Origin: Candidatus Roizmanbacteria bacterium RIFCSPHIGHO2_02_FULL_37_13b | GTDB taxonomy: Bacteria > Patescibacteriota > Microgenomatia > UBA1406 > HO2-37-13b | NCBI GenBank assembly: GCA_001789395.1 | Contig: MFZK01000014.1 | Coordinates: forward strand, 47,130 to 111,129 | Length of the DNA: 64,000 bases | Reading direction: 5' to 3' | Translations under genes and position numbers: made by a program | Part shown: piece after piece, positions 35,425 through 45,673 of the stretch | Numbering within the stretch: the first letter of the stretch is position 1 | How the letters are laid out: every line of letters starts with the position of its first letter | Notes under the pieces: generated by a model | What the model was told of the DNA's origin: nothing | The model's input: only the letters and a program-made list of their open reading frames with translations | Databases searched by the model: none

Positions 35425-36180
35425 TTACTTAGTATTAAAAAATTCTTGAGGTACTAAGAGAAGTCGAATTGCTTTGTTTCGACCAGTCTTCTCGTCTTTT
35501 AATCTCATGGCTACAAAATGCAGTGTATCGCCGACTTTAATTTTGCTAAATCCTCCTTTTTGAGAATCAAGAGTTTTGACATTCAGAATTGCTTGTTTCG
35601 TCTTTGTTTCTACATCTAAAATATATTGTTCTTTATCGGTTGTTAAAACACCGATGGTCTTATCATCCGTGTTGACTTCTATAATTTTTCCCGAAGCAAC
35701 AAAATATTGTTTGTCGACATAAATAATGTTAGCACTAATGCTATCATCAATTTTTGTACCCGAAATGATTAAATAGCTGCTATTAATGAGGTCTTTTAAT
35801 TTTATTTCTTTTTGGGCATTTCCAGTGATGGTATAAATTTTAGTAAGATCCGAGTCAACGGTTATTTTATATTCTATTTCCTTTTCATCTTTCACGAGGA
35901 GTGTATTATTATCGTTTTTCTGCAGATATCCTATGATTATCGTTCTATTTTTTTCTCGAAGTTCTGCGACTTTAGTAGCAATTTTATCTTTCAAAGTTTG
36001 AATATTTTCGTCTTCCTTAGTCGTCGGTGTAGGTTTAAGAGTGGTCTTTGGTGACTCACTTGGAGAAATTGATGTTATCTTTTCAGTTGGGCTTAAATTT
36101 TGAGCATATGTAAACGCATTTACTTTTATAAGTAATAAGGTGATGATAATACCGATAAGTAAATATTGATTCTTTTTCAT
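35425..36180 (-). CDS. secreted hypothetical protein
   Basis: Signal-peptide-like N-terminus MKKNQYLLIGIIITLLLIKVNAFTYA. No family recognised. Confidence 0.5.
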   Translation of the reverse strand: MKKNQYLLIGIIITLLLIKVNAFTYAQNLSPTEKITSISPSESPKTTLKPTPTTKEDENIQTLKDKIATKVAELREKNRTIIIGYLQKNDNNTLLVKDEKEIEYKITVDSDLTKIYTITGNAQKEIKLKDLINSSYLIISGTKIDDSISANIIYVDKQYFVASGKIIEVNTDDKTIGVLTTDKEQYILDVETKTKQAILNVKTLDSQKGGFSKIKVGDTLHFVAMRLKDEKTGRNKAIRLLLVPQEFFNTK

Positions 36181-36596
36181 ATCTGTTCTTTTATTTGGTA
36201 AATATTGATAGTTTTAGTTGTCGGAATGTTTTGAAAATATGATGTGATATTAATTATATTTTCTCCCAAGGACAATGGAAATTTGATATCGAATAATTTC
36301 TCTTTTGATTTAAATACTTTCTCATCAAGAGGGGACTGGATGATGATAACTGAATTTACTGCTGTTTCGCCTTTGATATTTACAGAATCCGTCGCCACTT
36401 GGGCTTGATTTTCAGGTTCAATTATTTTGAAGCCAGTTGCTTCTTCTTTTTGAACGACGATAGTCTTTATCGGGGTAGGAATTAAGACTTTTTTTTGCTG
36501 TAACGATCTATTTTTTGTGAAAACAACAAGACTTGTGGCGACGATCGCTCCAAAGGCAATTCCCAAAATCACTGCCACAATAGTCTCTTTTTTCAT
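36177..36596 (-). CDS. membrane-anchored hypothetical protein
   Basis: Single N-terminal TM. ATGA overlap with the downstream gene. Confidence 0.5.
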   Translation of the reverse strand: MKKETIVAVILGIAFGAIVATSLVVFTKNRSLQQKKVLIPTPIKTIVVQKEEATGFKIIEPENQAQVATDSVNIKGETAVNSVIIIQSPLDEKVFKSKEKLFDIKFPLSLGENIINITSYFQNIPTTKTINIYQIKEQI

Positions 36597-36615
36597 ATCG
36601 TTATCATATCAAAAT

Positions 36616-37542
36616 TTACTTAAAAGTCAATTTTTGTGAAATCATGGAGGAAAAAACTCTAGGTATGGTATTTATCAAATTGCTAGTGTTATACCAATAT
36701 TTGTCTACCTTAAATAACTCATCGGCTGTTTTATTTAAGGTATAAGAGGCGACAATTGATGCAGTGATCTGATCATTTTTAGTGTTTAATGATGCGATAA
36801 GTCCTGCTAAGGCATCGCCAGTTCCTCCTTTGGTAAGGCCTGCATTGCCACCTGTGATTTGATAAAGCGAGTGTCCATCAGACACTATATCTTCAACCAT
36901 TTTTAGTACAATGATACAGTTAAATTCTTTAGCTGTTTCTTTGACAATTTTCGTTATATCTTCCCAAGATCGATTATGGAGCGATATACCAAACAAACTC
37001 TTAAATTCTTTTTCATGTGGTGTTACAATAGCCTTTGTTTTCATTGTTGTCAACCATTTTTTCTCCATTGTTTGAAGAGCTCCCGCATCAATAACAAATT
37101 TTTTTTCAGGGAATTTATTTAATAAATAACCGGTTAATTCATAGGTATATTGTTCCTCCTTTTCAATATTAATAATAATTTCAAAATCTAACGGCAAATT
37201 TTTTTTATCTATTTTTCCTCTCGTCATCCCCGGACCAAGTAAAATACAATCATCTTCCGTCACATAATCAAGCAAATTTTTCTTATTGATGAAAATACCG
37301 TCCCGAAATTTTGTCTTAAGATTAATAAAGATTTTTTGATTTTCCTGCGTGGACGAGTAGTGCACCATATCTACAAAATGTGATGCAATTTCGGCAGACC
37401 ATAAAGAAGCAGCATGAAATAATGACGATCCGCCAATGATAAGAAGCTTTCCATTTTGACCTTTATGTGTTTTTTTTTGAGGAATATATAACTTATCAAT
37501 AAATGGTTCAATGTCGGACGAAGATGCGGTCTTGATTAACAT
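36616..37542 (-). CDS. nnrD: ADP-dependent NAD(P)H-hydrate dehydratase (YjeF C-terminal domain family)
   Basis: HKGQNGKLLIIGGS and TKGGTGDALAGLIASL motifs. Confidence 0.8.
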   Translation of the reverse strand: MLIKTASSSDIEPFIDKLYIPQKKTHKGQNGKLLIIGGSSLFHAASLWSAEIASHFVDMVHYSSTQENQKIFINLKTKFRDGIFINKKNLLDYVTEDDCILLGPGMTRGKIDKKNLPLDFEIIINIEKEEQYTYELTGYLLNKFPEKKFVIDAGALQTMEKKWLTTMKTKAIVTPHEKEFKSLFGISLHNRSWEDITKIVKETAKEFNCIIVLKMVEDIVSDGHSLYQITGGNAGLTKGGTGDALAGLIASLNTKNDQITASIVASYTLNKTADELFKVDKYWYNTSNLINTIPRVFSSMISQKLTFK

Positions 37543-37562
37543 ATATGCTATACTATTTTACC

Positions 37563-39407
37563 ATGATTAATGCAAATGATCTAAGGCGAAAGTTTGCTGA
37601 TTATTGGTCTTCCAAAAAACTGGGACATCGGGAAATTCCACCAGCCCCGCTAGTCTTAAAAGAAGATCCGACGACGCTATTTACCTCTTCAGGGATGCAG
37701 CAGTTGGTCCCAAATTTGACAGGTTCTCCTCATCCATTGGGTAAGCGATTGTATAATATTCAACCCTGTTTTCGCGCTACCGATATAGATGAAGTAGGCG
37801 ATAATCGCCATACCTGCTTTTTTGAAATGATGGGAAACTGGTCACTCGGTGATTATTTTAAAGAAGAACAAATTCCTTGGATGTGGGATTTTTTTGTCAA
37901 AGAACTTGAACTTTCTAAAAGTAAGTTATATATATCTGTTTTTTCAGGTACAAAGGAAGTTCCAAAAGATCTTGAATCTGAATTGATTTGGAAGAAATTG
38001 GGAATTTCGGATGATCACATATTTTTTTATGACGCTACTAAAAACTGGTGGTCAAGATCAGGTCCACCGGAAAAAATGCCCGATGGTGAAATCGGAGGTC
38101 CAGACGCGGAGGTATTTTATGAGTTTACTGACGTTCCCCATGATAAAAAATTTGGAGAAAATTGTCATCCCAATTGTGATTGTGGCAGATTCTTAGAAAT
38201 CGGCAATTCGGTATTTATTCAATATCAAAAAAATAATGGAAAAATTATTGAAATGGAACAAAAAAATGTGGATTATGGAGGGGGATTCGAGAGGATTTTA
38301 TCCGCTATAAATGATCAACCTGACATGTTCAAGACAGAGTTATTCATTGATATAGTTAAGGAAATAGAAGAAAATACTAGTAAAAAATACACGGATCCTT
38401 TATCTATTCAAGCTATTAGAATTATTGCAGATCATCTTAAAGTTGCAGTTTTTTTAATTATAGAGGGCATAGTCCCATCAAATAAGGAACATGGTTATAT
38501 ATTAAGACGTTATTTAAGGAGAGCAGCTGTAAAAATGCATCAACTTACGGGAGGTTTAACACCAAGTTTTGATCAGATATTAGACAGAGGAGTACTGAGA
38601 GTTTACGATGGCATACAAGGAATTGATAGACATAAACAAAGGTCTTTGATTTTTCAAGTTGTTAATAGAGAGATGGAGCGTTTCAGTGAAAGTTTAGATA
38701 GAGGTTTAAAACATTTTACAAAACTTTCAGATAATCAGATGGAAGCAGAAGCATTTAATTTATTTGCCAGTTATGGATTCCCATTTGAAATAACGGCAGA
38801 ACTTGCAAAACAAAGAGGAGTGATGATAAATAAAATAACATTTGATGAAATGTATAAAACACATCAAAAACTCTCGAGGAAGGTTTCTTCTGGTATGTTC
38901 AAAGGAGGTTTGGCTGATCACTCCGAGCAGGTAATCAGATATCATACTGCGACCCATTTACTTCATCAGTCACTTCGTGATGTTTTGGGTGATGAAGTCC
39001 GTCAGGAAGGGTCAAATATAACCGGAGAAAGATTACGGTTTGATTTTAGTTTGTCTAGAAAACCGTCGGATGAAGAGATAAAAAAAGTGGAGGAAATCAT
39101 CAATCAAAAAATAAAAGAAGCATTGCCGGCTCGTTTTGAAATCATGCCTAAAGAAAAAGCCGATCAAATCGGTGCTCTATCTTTTTTTAAAGAAAAATAC
39201 GGTGATAAAGTGAAAGTATATTTTATCGGTGGAAGCTCAGACAATCCCGGATTGTCATACTCAAAAGAATTCTGTGGAGGACCTCATATCGCAAATACGT
39301 CAGAAATAGGTCCGATTAAAATCACCAAAATCAAAAAAATCGGAGCCAATTTAATCCGTATTTATCTAATTCAACACCCGACGTCCACACCCGACGTTGA
39401 ATTCTAA
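37563..39407 (+). CDS. alaS: alanine--tRNA ligase, short form lacking the C-Ala domain
   Basis: FTSSGMQQ, FFEMMGNWSLGDYFK, and the editing-domain HTATHLLH and CGGPH motifs. The alternative ATG at 37545 is 6 codons upstream. The last ~13 codons are encoded by the REP hairpin. Confidence 0.9.
   Translation: MINANDLRRKFADYWSSKKLGHREIPPAPLVLKEDPTTLFTSSGMQQLVPNLTGSPHPLGKRLYNIQPCFRATDIDEVGDNRHTCFFEMMGNWSLGDYFKEEQIPWMWDFFVKELELSKSKLYISVFSGTKEVPKDLESELIWKKLGISDDHIFFYDATKNWWSRSGPPEKMPDGEIGGPDAEVFYEFTDVPHDKKFGENCHPNCDCGRFLEIGNSVFIQYQKNNGKIIEMEQKNVDYGGGFERILSAINDQPDMFKTELFIDIVKEIEENTSKKYTDPLSIQAIRIIADHLKVAVFLIIEGIVPSNKEHGYILRRYLRRAAVKMHQLTGGLTPSFDQILDRGVLRVYDGIQGIDRHKQRSLIFQVVNREMERFSESLDRGLKHFTKLSDNQMEAEAFNLFASYGFPFEITAELAKQRGVMINKITFDEMYKTHQKLSRKVSSGMFKGGLADHSEQVIRYHTATHLLHQSLRDVLGDEVRQEGSNITGERLRFDFSLSRKPSDEEIKKVEEIINQKIKEALPARFEIMPKEKADQIGALSFFKEKYGDKVKVYFIGGSSDNPGLSYSKEFCGGPHIANTSEIGPIKITKIKKIGANLIRIYLIQHPTSTPDVEF
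39368..39403 (+). repeat. REP-like hairpin (left), AATTCAAC-loop-GTTGAATT with a duplicated loop
   Basis: AATTCAAC at 39368-75 and GTTGAATT at 39396-403. The loop is ACCCGAC-GTCCAC-ACCCGAC. Confidence 0.8.
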
Positions 39408-39409
39408 AT

Positions 39410-40075
39410 TTATTCTAAAAGTAGGTTTTTTATATCTTGCAATTGACGTTGATAATCTGCGTTGTTATAAACAAATTGTTTATACGTCTCCGTTTTTTTA
39501 AAATAACTTAAAATCATCTCGGTATTTATGAATGGGTGTATGATTTTACCCATATACGTTGTAAACGATGTACAAGGATAGTCAATAAGATCATTAATCT
39601 CAATCAGACGATCTGAAACCGGATTTAATTCAACATATCGGATTACATGAAGCAATTGTGCTTCAGATTCTATAATAACTGCCTTGAATCTGTTTGTAAA
39701 AACAGAGCCATGACGCTCAAATTTAATGTTATAGTATTTTGCATATGCGTTTTGAAAGTTAGTTAAAAAAGTAATTATTCCATCATCAATCAATTGCCGT
39801 AGGACAAAATGAAAATGTGTAGGCATCAGAGAAAAAGCCAAGAATTCAACACGTTTAGGACTGTTATAGATTTGATTCAATCGCACAGCTCTAATCTCAG
39901 GAGCTAATTGAGAAAGGTGTGAGAAACCTATATCTGATTCATGTTTATAGAAATTAATTAATTCTAAAGCGCGGGTCAATGACAATGGATTAAGAAATAT
40001 TTTTTCTGATCCGACCGACCGGTTACAAATATGATAATAAACATTTTCTGTGAATTTTATACGACGATAAGGCAT
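39410..40075 (-). mobile_element. REP-associated tyrosine transposase (RAYT; IS200/IS605 Y1/HUH family)
   Basis: HUH motif in PTHFHFVL and catalytic Tyr context IRYVELNPV. MPYRRIKF starts at ATG 40075 (the track ORF extends to 40159). Flanked by two copies of the same palindrome. Confidence 0.8.
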
Positions 40076-40089
40076 AACTAATTTTACTA

Positions 40090-40112
40090 AATTCAACACC
40101 CGACGTTGAATT
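40090..40112 (+). repeat. REP-like hairpin (right), AATTCAAC-ACCCGAC-GTTGAATT
   Basis: Same unit and orientation as 39368-39403. It abuts the stop codon of the cvpA/CAP gene. Confidence 0.8.
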
Positions 40113-41102
40113 CTAATCGGTGAATTCCTGAACGTATATTTTTCCGTAGATACCACCATCTATGACTCCAATACCTATTTTATTGAATGCACCGGAGAGT
40201 ATATTAGCACGATGGCCAGGAGAGCGCATCAAGCCTGTATGGGCGATTTGAAGATTTGGAGCAAAGGCTAGATTCTCACCGGTGGTTTGGTATCGTATAC
40301 CTTGTTTTTCTAATCTTTCTGCCGGCGTTGACTGATCTACCTGAGAGGTATGAGAAAAAAAGCCATAGTTGAACATTTCTTTACCATAAGCTCGTGCGGT
40401 TTCTTTTAGTTTGTCATCAGTTGTAAGTGAAGATAATCCATTTTGTCGTCGTTCTCTGTTTATTAAAATAAGCATGTTGTTATCATCAATGCTGTCAATT
40501 TTTAAATTATTAGAGGATAATTTAATACCCAGATTTACGGTTTCACTTGATTGGGGTTTGATCGTAAGAAAATTTAGACTCTCAGCGATTGCATCATTGA
40601 ATATCCCTTTGAATTGATTTTCAAGCTCGCTTGATAATTGAAGTAAAATAGGACCGGATTTTGAAGAAAGAATATTTTTTTTAACCTGAGCTCTTATAGG
40701 TAGCGCTATTGCCAGACTTAATACGATAGCAGAGAGAATTAGAGCGTCAACGGCTGCGGGAATAGCACCAAGTATTTTATCGATATTTTTTGGTACTTTA
40801 GGTAGCTTTTTTGCAATTAAAGTTAAAAAAAGATAGAGAAACATTTCGCATATAACCCAGGCGGTGAAGAATCCGACGACTTTACTGAGTCCATATGAAA
40901 CGCCCATATTATGCACAAAAAAAGTGGCAAAAAATCTATACGAGTAAACTGAAAAAATGAAAGCAATGACAAAGCTAATCAAGTTATACAGTGAGATAAT
41001 TATTCCACCGTTTGTAAGTGAAAAAAGAGCGACAAGCGAAATTATTATTGCATCAATCAGATTATAATTGGTTGTTATATATTGATATAGATTGTCGATC
41101 AT
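40113..41102 (-). CDS. CvpA-like membrane domain fused to a CAP/SCP (YkwD-like) domain
   Basis: N-terminal multi-TM region. C-terminal FFSHTS...GENLAF...MRSPGHRANIL...IGIGV is CAP-domain-like. Confidence 0.7.
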   Translation of the reverse strand: MIDNLYQYITTNYNLIDAIIISLVALFSLTNGGIIISLYNLISFVIAFIFSVYSYRFFATFFVHNMGVSYGLSKVVGFFTAWVICEMFLYLFLTLIAKKLPKVPKNIDKILGAIPAAVDALILSAIVLSLAIALPIRAQVKKNILSSKSGPILLQLSSELENQFKGIFNDAIAESLNFLTIKPQSSETVNLGIKLSSNNLKIDSIDDNNMLILINRERRQNGLSSLTTDDKLKETARAYGKEMFNYGFFSHTSQVDQSTPAERLEKQGIRYQTTGENLAFAPNLQIAHTGLMRSPGHRANILSGAFNKIGIGVIDGGIYGKIYVQEFTD

Positions 41103-41123
41103 TTTTTTGTTAAAATAGACGAC

Positions 41124-43382
41124 ATGTACAAGTTAAAAAAGCTTATTGGAATAATCAAATCATCTCCAAAAGCTCTGCTATTTCATCCAAAGATTATATC
41201 ACTGATTTTAATCATCCTGGTGGTTTTTGGCCTTTCATCATTTTATGTCGTAATTTTAAAGGACCTGCCTAATCCACAAGGCTTGAAGAATTATAAAGTA
41301 ATTCCTGTTTCTTCAGAGATAATGGATCGAAATGGCAAATTGCTCTATGATATCTTTGATAAAGAAAACAGAATTCCGATAAGAATTAAGGATTTGCCTG
41401 AATATGTAAAACAAGCGACAATTGCCATTGAAGATAAAGAATTTTATAAACATGGAGGGATTTCACTTGTCGGGGGGATGATTAGAGCTTTAAAAGATAC
41501 AATTATTTTAAGAAAAGGCTTGCAAGGTGGATCTACAATTACTCAACAATTAGTAAAATCTGCTCTTCTGTCACCGGAGCGGACCGTCACAAGAAAGATC
41601 AAGGAAGTAATTTTAGCACTGTGGACTGAACAAATTCTCAAAAAAGATGAGATTTTGGAGCTATATCTAAATCAGGTGCCCTACGGAGGCTCTGCTTATG
41701 GAATAGAGCAAGCATCAAGAATCTATTTTAATAAAAGCGCAAAGGCGTTGACATTGCCTCAAGCAGCTCTACTGGCGGGATTGCCTCGAGCGCCGAGCCG
41801 TTATTCTCCTTATTCTGATCCAGAGGTTGCAAAAAGGAGAAGAAACGATGTATTGGCGGAAATGGCAAAGTTGAAATTTATTACTAATGAGCAAAAAGAT
41901 AACGCAATAAGAGAAGATCTCGAAATAGAAACTTTTAAAACTAAAATAAATGCACCGCATTTTGTTTTCTACGTAAGATCAATCCTTGAGAAAGAATATG
42001 GTGCTTCTATTGTTGAAGAAGGAGGGCTAAAAGTCACAACAAGCCTGGATTTGGATTTACAAAAACAGGCGGAAGCGACTTTATCTGCAGAACTTGAAAA
42101 AATAAAAAAATTAAATGTTGGGAATGGTGCTGCATTGGTGACGCGTCCTACGACTGGAGAAATATTAGCTATGATTGGGTCCCGTGATTATTTTTCTTCA
42201 CCTTCAGGCACCTTTAATGTGACGACAGCGTTGAGACAACCAGGTTCTTCAATAAAACCGATAAATTACGCCATTGGTATTGATCGAAAGTTGGTCACAC
42301 CAGCATCTGTGTTTCTGGACGTAAAATCATGTTTTACAGCTCCAGGTCAGCCAAAAGCATATTGTCCCGTCAATTATGACGGCAACTACCATGGTTTAGT
42401 GCAACTTAGATTCGCACTGGGTAATTCATACAATATTCCGGCGGTTAAGATGCTGCAGTTAAATGGCGTCGAGAATTTTGTCGCTTCTTCATCCAGTTTC
42501 TTATTTACTAGCTTTAAAGATCCAACCCGCTATGGATTGTCTCTGACTTTAGGTGGAGGGGAAGTAACAATGGTTGATATGGCTCAAGCGTTTTCCAGCT
42601 TTGCCAATGAGGGGATACCAAAAAAATTAGTTGCGGTTCTAAAAGTTGAAGATAAAAATGGTAATGTACTGTATGAATATAAAGATAATAATCTTGTTAA
42701 AAATATAAGAGAGCCAATAAATTATCCAAATTACTTAAATATCACTGGTAATCGGGCAATTTCACGGGACACAGCTTTTATAATTTCTCATATTTTGCTT
42801 GATAATAATGCCAGATCTGCTGCTTTTGGAGCAAGAAGTCAATTGAATATTCCCAAACACGTCGCTGTTTCGGTCAAAACTGGTACAACCAACGATCTAC
42901 GAGACAACTGGACAATTGGCTATACCCCAAACTTTTTGGTGGCTATTTGGGTAGGTAACAATGATAATAAACCTATGTCGCGAGTAGTCTCAGGAGTGAC
43001 TGGAGCAGCGCCAATCTGGAATGGAATCATGAGTTTTGTCATAAAAGATCAACCTGATTTATGGCCAAGGAAACCGGATAGTGTTGTTGGTCGGCAGGTA
43101 TGCAGTGATAGTGGACTACTTATGGCTAGATCTCCCGAAGGAGTCGAAAGCTGTCACTCTAGATTTGAATATTTTATAAAAGGATTTGAATCGGTTTCAT
43201 CGAGTGTTAAGTCAACAAAGGAATTTATTCCTGTAAGTAAAGATACCGGCAAGATGACGACTGTGGAAGATCCGTCTCACGAGATGCAGGAAAAAACAGT
43301 AATTAAAGATGGTATTTCTACTTATTGCGTTGATTGTGTCAATGATTTCGGTCCGAGCCCAACCCTGACGCCGACACCGTGA
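41124..43382 (+). CDS. class A penicillin-binding protein (PBP1A-type), copy 2
   Basis: EDKEFYKHGG, GGSTITQQLVK, SSIKP and KTGTT motifs. Paralogue of 33157..35388. Confidence 0.92.
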   Translation: MYKLKKLIGIIKSSPKALLFHPKIISLILIILVVFGLSSFYVVILKDLPNPQGLKNYKVIPVSSEIMDRNGKLLYDIFDKENRIPIRIKDLPEYVKQATIAIEDKEFYKHGGISLVGGMIRALKDTIILRKGLQGGSTITQQLVKSALLSPERTVTRKIKEVILALWTEQILKKDEILELYLNQVPYGGSAYGIEQASRIYFNKSAKALTLPQAALLAGLPRAPSRYSPYSDPEVAKRRRNDVLAEMAKLKFITNEQKDNAIREDLEIETFKTKINAPHFVFYVRSILEKEYGASIVEEGGLKVTTSLDLDLQKQAEATLSAELEKIKKLNVGNGAALVTRPTTGEILAMIGSRDYFSSPSGTFNVTTALRQPGSSIKPINYAIGIDRKLVTPASVFLDVKSCFTAPGQPKAYCPVNYDGNYHGLVQLRFALGNSYNIPAVKMLQLNGVENFVASSSSFLFTSFKDPTRYGLSLTLGGGEVTMVDMAQAFSSFANEGIPKKLVAVLKVEDKNGNVLYEYKDNNLVKNIREPINYPNYLNITGNRAISRDTAFIISHILLDNNARSAAFGARSQLNIPKHVAVSVKTGTTNDLRDNWTIGYTPNFLVAIWVGNNDNKPMSRVVSGVTGAAPIWNGIMSFVIKDQPDLWPRKPDSVVGRQVCSDSGLLMARSPEGVESCHSRFEYFIKGFESVSSSVKSTKEFIPVSKDTGKMTTVEDPSHEMQEKTVIKDGISTYCVDCVNDFGPSPTLTPTP

Positions 43383-44568
43383 GGGCGTCAATCCCCGGGA
43401 GTGTGCCTTTTTCAATAAATTCTAGCATCGCTCCACCTCCGGTTGAAATATGGGTGATTTTATCATTACTTTTTTTATCTGAAATGGCAACAAGCGTATC
43501 ACCACCACCTATAATTGTCACTGCATTTTCTGTCGAAATAATACTATCATAGATAGTATCAGTACAATGTCGATATAATTGATTTTCAAAGAGTCCTACT
43601 GGTCCATTCCAGACTATAGTTTTTCCCTGTTTAATAACTTTATCAAATTCTATTTCTGTCGCTGGTCCGAGATCATAAATAGCCAAATTGGAAGGAATTT
43701 CGGCAATAGGATGAACTTCAGGTTTAATATTTGGATCTTGTAAATTTCCACAGACTGCATCTAATGGGAGAATTAGCTTACACGGTGAATTTTCAACACT
43801 TGCCAATACTTGTTTAGCAGCTTCATTAGCTGTACTTTCTACTAAGCTTTTTCCAACTTGGTATCCTTGGACTTGGAGTAACGTATTGGCAATTCCACCA
43901 CCCAGCAATATATAATCAGCAATTTTCATAAAACGGGAAATTAAACCAATTTTAGTAGAAATTTTTGCTCCGGCCAAAATTGCGATTAACGGGCGTTGTG
44001 GATTTTTAGTTATTTTGGAGAGCATTTCAATCTCTTTTTGCAGAAGTAATCCCGCATAACCTGGAATATAGTTCGCAATACCTACGATCGAAGCGTGCGA
44101 TCGATGTACAGAACCAAATGCATCATCAACGTAAATATCAGCCATACGTGCTAATTTTTTTGCAAACCCGCTGTCATTTTCCTTTTCGCCTTTAAAAAAA
44201 CGAATATTTTCAAGAAGTATTATTTCATTTTTTTTTTGATCAGCAATTATATGCTGTTTATTATCAGACTCAAAGTCAGTCATCAATTTTACGGTATAAC
44301 CCGACACAAATGAGGTAAGGCGATCAATTATAGGTCTTAGCGAATATTTTGGGTCTATACCTTTTGGACGCCCAAGATGGGAGATTAAAATGAGTTTATT
44401 TTGCTGTTGAAGCAATTTTTTTATTGTTGGAATTGCCTGACGTATTCGTGTGTCATCTGTAATTTGTCCCTCATTAGATAAACTGACATTGAAATCGACG
44501 CGAATAATGACGCGTTTATTTTGTATTACTGCATCATCAATAGTTTTTATATTAAATCCCGCGATCAT
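43339..44568 (-). CDS. pgk: phosphoglycerate kinase
   Basis: RVDFNV, ISHLGRPKG and STGGGAMLEF motifs. The 3' end overlaps the convergent PBP gene by 44 nt. Confidence 0.94.
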   Translation of the reverse strand: MIAGFNIKTIDDAVIQNKRVIIRVDFNVSLSNEGQITDDTRIRQAIPTIKKLLQQQNKLILISHLGRPKGIDPKYSLRPIIDRLTSFVSGYTVKLMTDFESDNKQHIIADQKKNEIILLENIRFFKGEKENDSGFAKKLARMADIYVDDAFGSVHRSHASIVGIANYIPGYAGLLLQKEIEMLSKITKNPQRPLIAILAGAKISTKIGLISRFMKIADYILLGGGIANTLLQVQGYQVGKSLVESTANEAAKQVLASVENSPCKLILPLDAVCGNLQDPNIKPEVHPIAEIPSNLAIYDLGPATEIEFDKVIKQGKTIVWNGPVGLFENQLYRHCTDTIYDSIISTENAVTIIGGGDTLVAISDKKSNDKITHISTGGGAMLEFIEKGTLPGIDALTVSASGLGSDRNH

Positions 44569-45548
44569 TTTAAAAAACTCAAAAATTCACTAACCATTTT
44601 TTTGCTACCTAAGACTATCGGTGTTCTTTCATCAAGACTCTTTGGTTGAATTTCAAGAGGATTATTGTCTTGGCTGGTAGCCGAACCTGATGCTTGGGTG
44701 ACAATATATGACATCGGGTTGACTTCATACATCAGCCTTAATTTTCCATTTGGAGACTTGGAGTTTTCCGGATATAAAAATATACCACCTTTAATTAAGA
44801 CACGATGAATATCAGCTATCATAGCTGAAGCATAGCGTAGGGTATATGGTTTGCCGGTTTCTTCGTCTTCCTTCTTTATAAAATCCAAGTATTTTTGGAT
44901 ATACTCCGGATATCGGTGATAATAACTCTCATTTATTGCGTAGCTTTTTCCGGTCTCTGGTACTTTCATATCAGGATGAGACAATAAAAAACTGCCAATT
45001 GATGGATCAAGAGTAAAACCATTGACTCCATTGCCACACGTATAGATAAACATAACGCTTGGTCCATAGACGACATATCCGGCTGCTACCTGATCAGAGC
45101 CTTTAAGAAGTAAATCAGCGTCACTTTTGATATTGTCCGGTTTTCGGTGAATAGAAAAGATGGTGCCGACATTTAAATTAACATCGATGTTTGATGATCC
45201 ATCGAGAGGGTCTATATAGACGACATATTCACCATAATCGGTTTTAATAAGCTCTGGCTTTTCCAATTCTTCAGTGACGATAGCTGAGACATGACCTGTC
45301 TTAGTCAAAGTTTCGACTAAAATGTCATTTGAGAATTTATCCAGCTTTTGAACTTCCTCATCATATATATTAGTTGTTCCGGCAGAGCCTAAGATATCGA
45401 CTAATCCTGATTTCTTGACATGGGAAGCGATGATTTTGACTGCATTTTCTATAGCAGTTAAAAGCAGTGTAAAATTTCCAGTGGCTTTTTTGAATCTTCT
45501 CTCATCTTGTAAAAGAAATTCGGTTAATGTAGTGGTTTTGTTTAACAT
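44565..45548 (-). CDS. fbp: fructose-1,6-bisphosphatase class I
   Basis: TLTEFLLQ N-terminus, IDPLDGSSNID metal site and GKLRLMYE motif. Confidence 0.9.
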   Translation of the reverse strand: MLNKTTTLTEFLLQDERRFKKATGNFTLLLTAIENAVKIIASHVKKSGLVDILGSAGTTNIYDEEVQKLDKFSNDILVETLTKTGHVSAIVTEELEKPELIKTDYGEYVVYIDPLDGSSNIDVNLNVGTIFSIHRKPDNIKSDADLLLKGSDQVAAGYVVYGPSVMFIYTCGNGVNGFTLDPSIGSFLLSHPDMKVPETGKSYAINESYYHRYPEYIQKYLDFIKKEDEETGKPYTLRYASAMIADIHRVLIKGGIFLYPENSKSPNGKLRLMYEVNPMSYIVTQASGSATSQDNNPLEIQPKSLDERTPIVLGSKKMVSEFLSFLK

Positions 45549-45673
45549 AATTGATACTATTGGATAATATCAAAATATTAACATAATTACATTTTTTTTC
45601 AAACATCATTAAAACTACTAAAAAATTATGATTATTTATTATAATTATTGATTGTTAGCATTTAAAAAAACAT

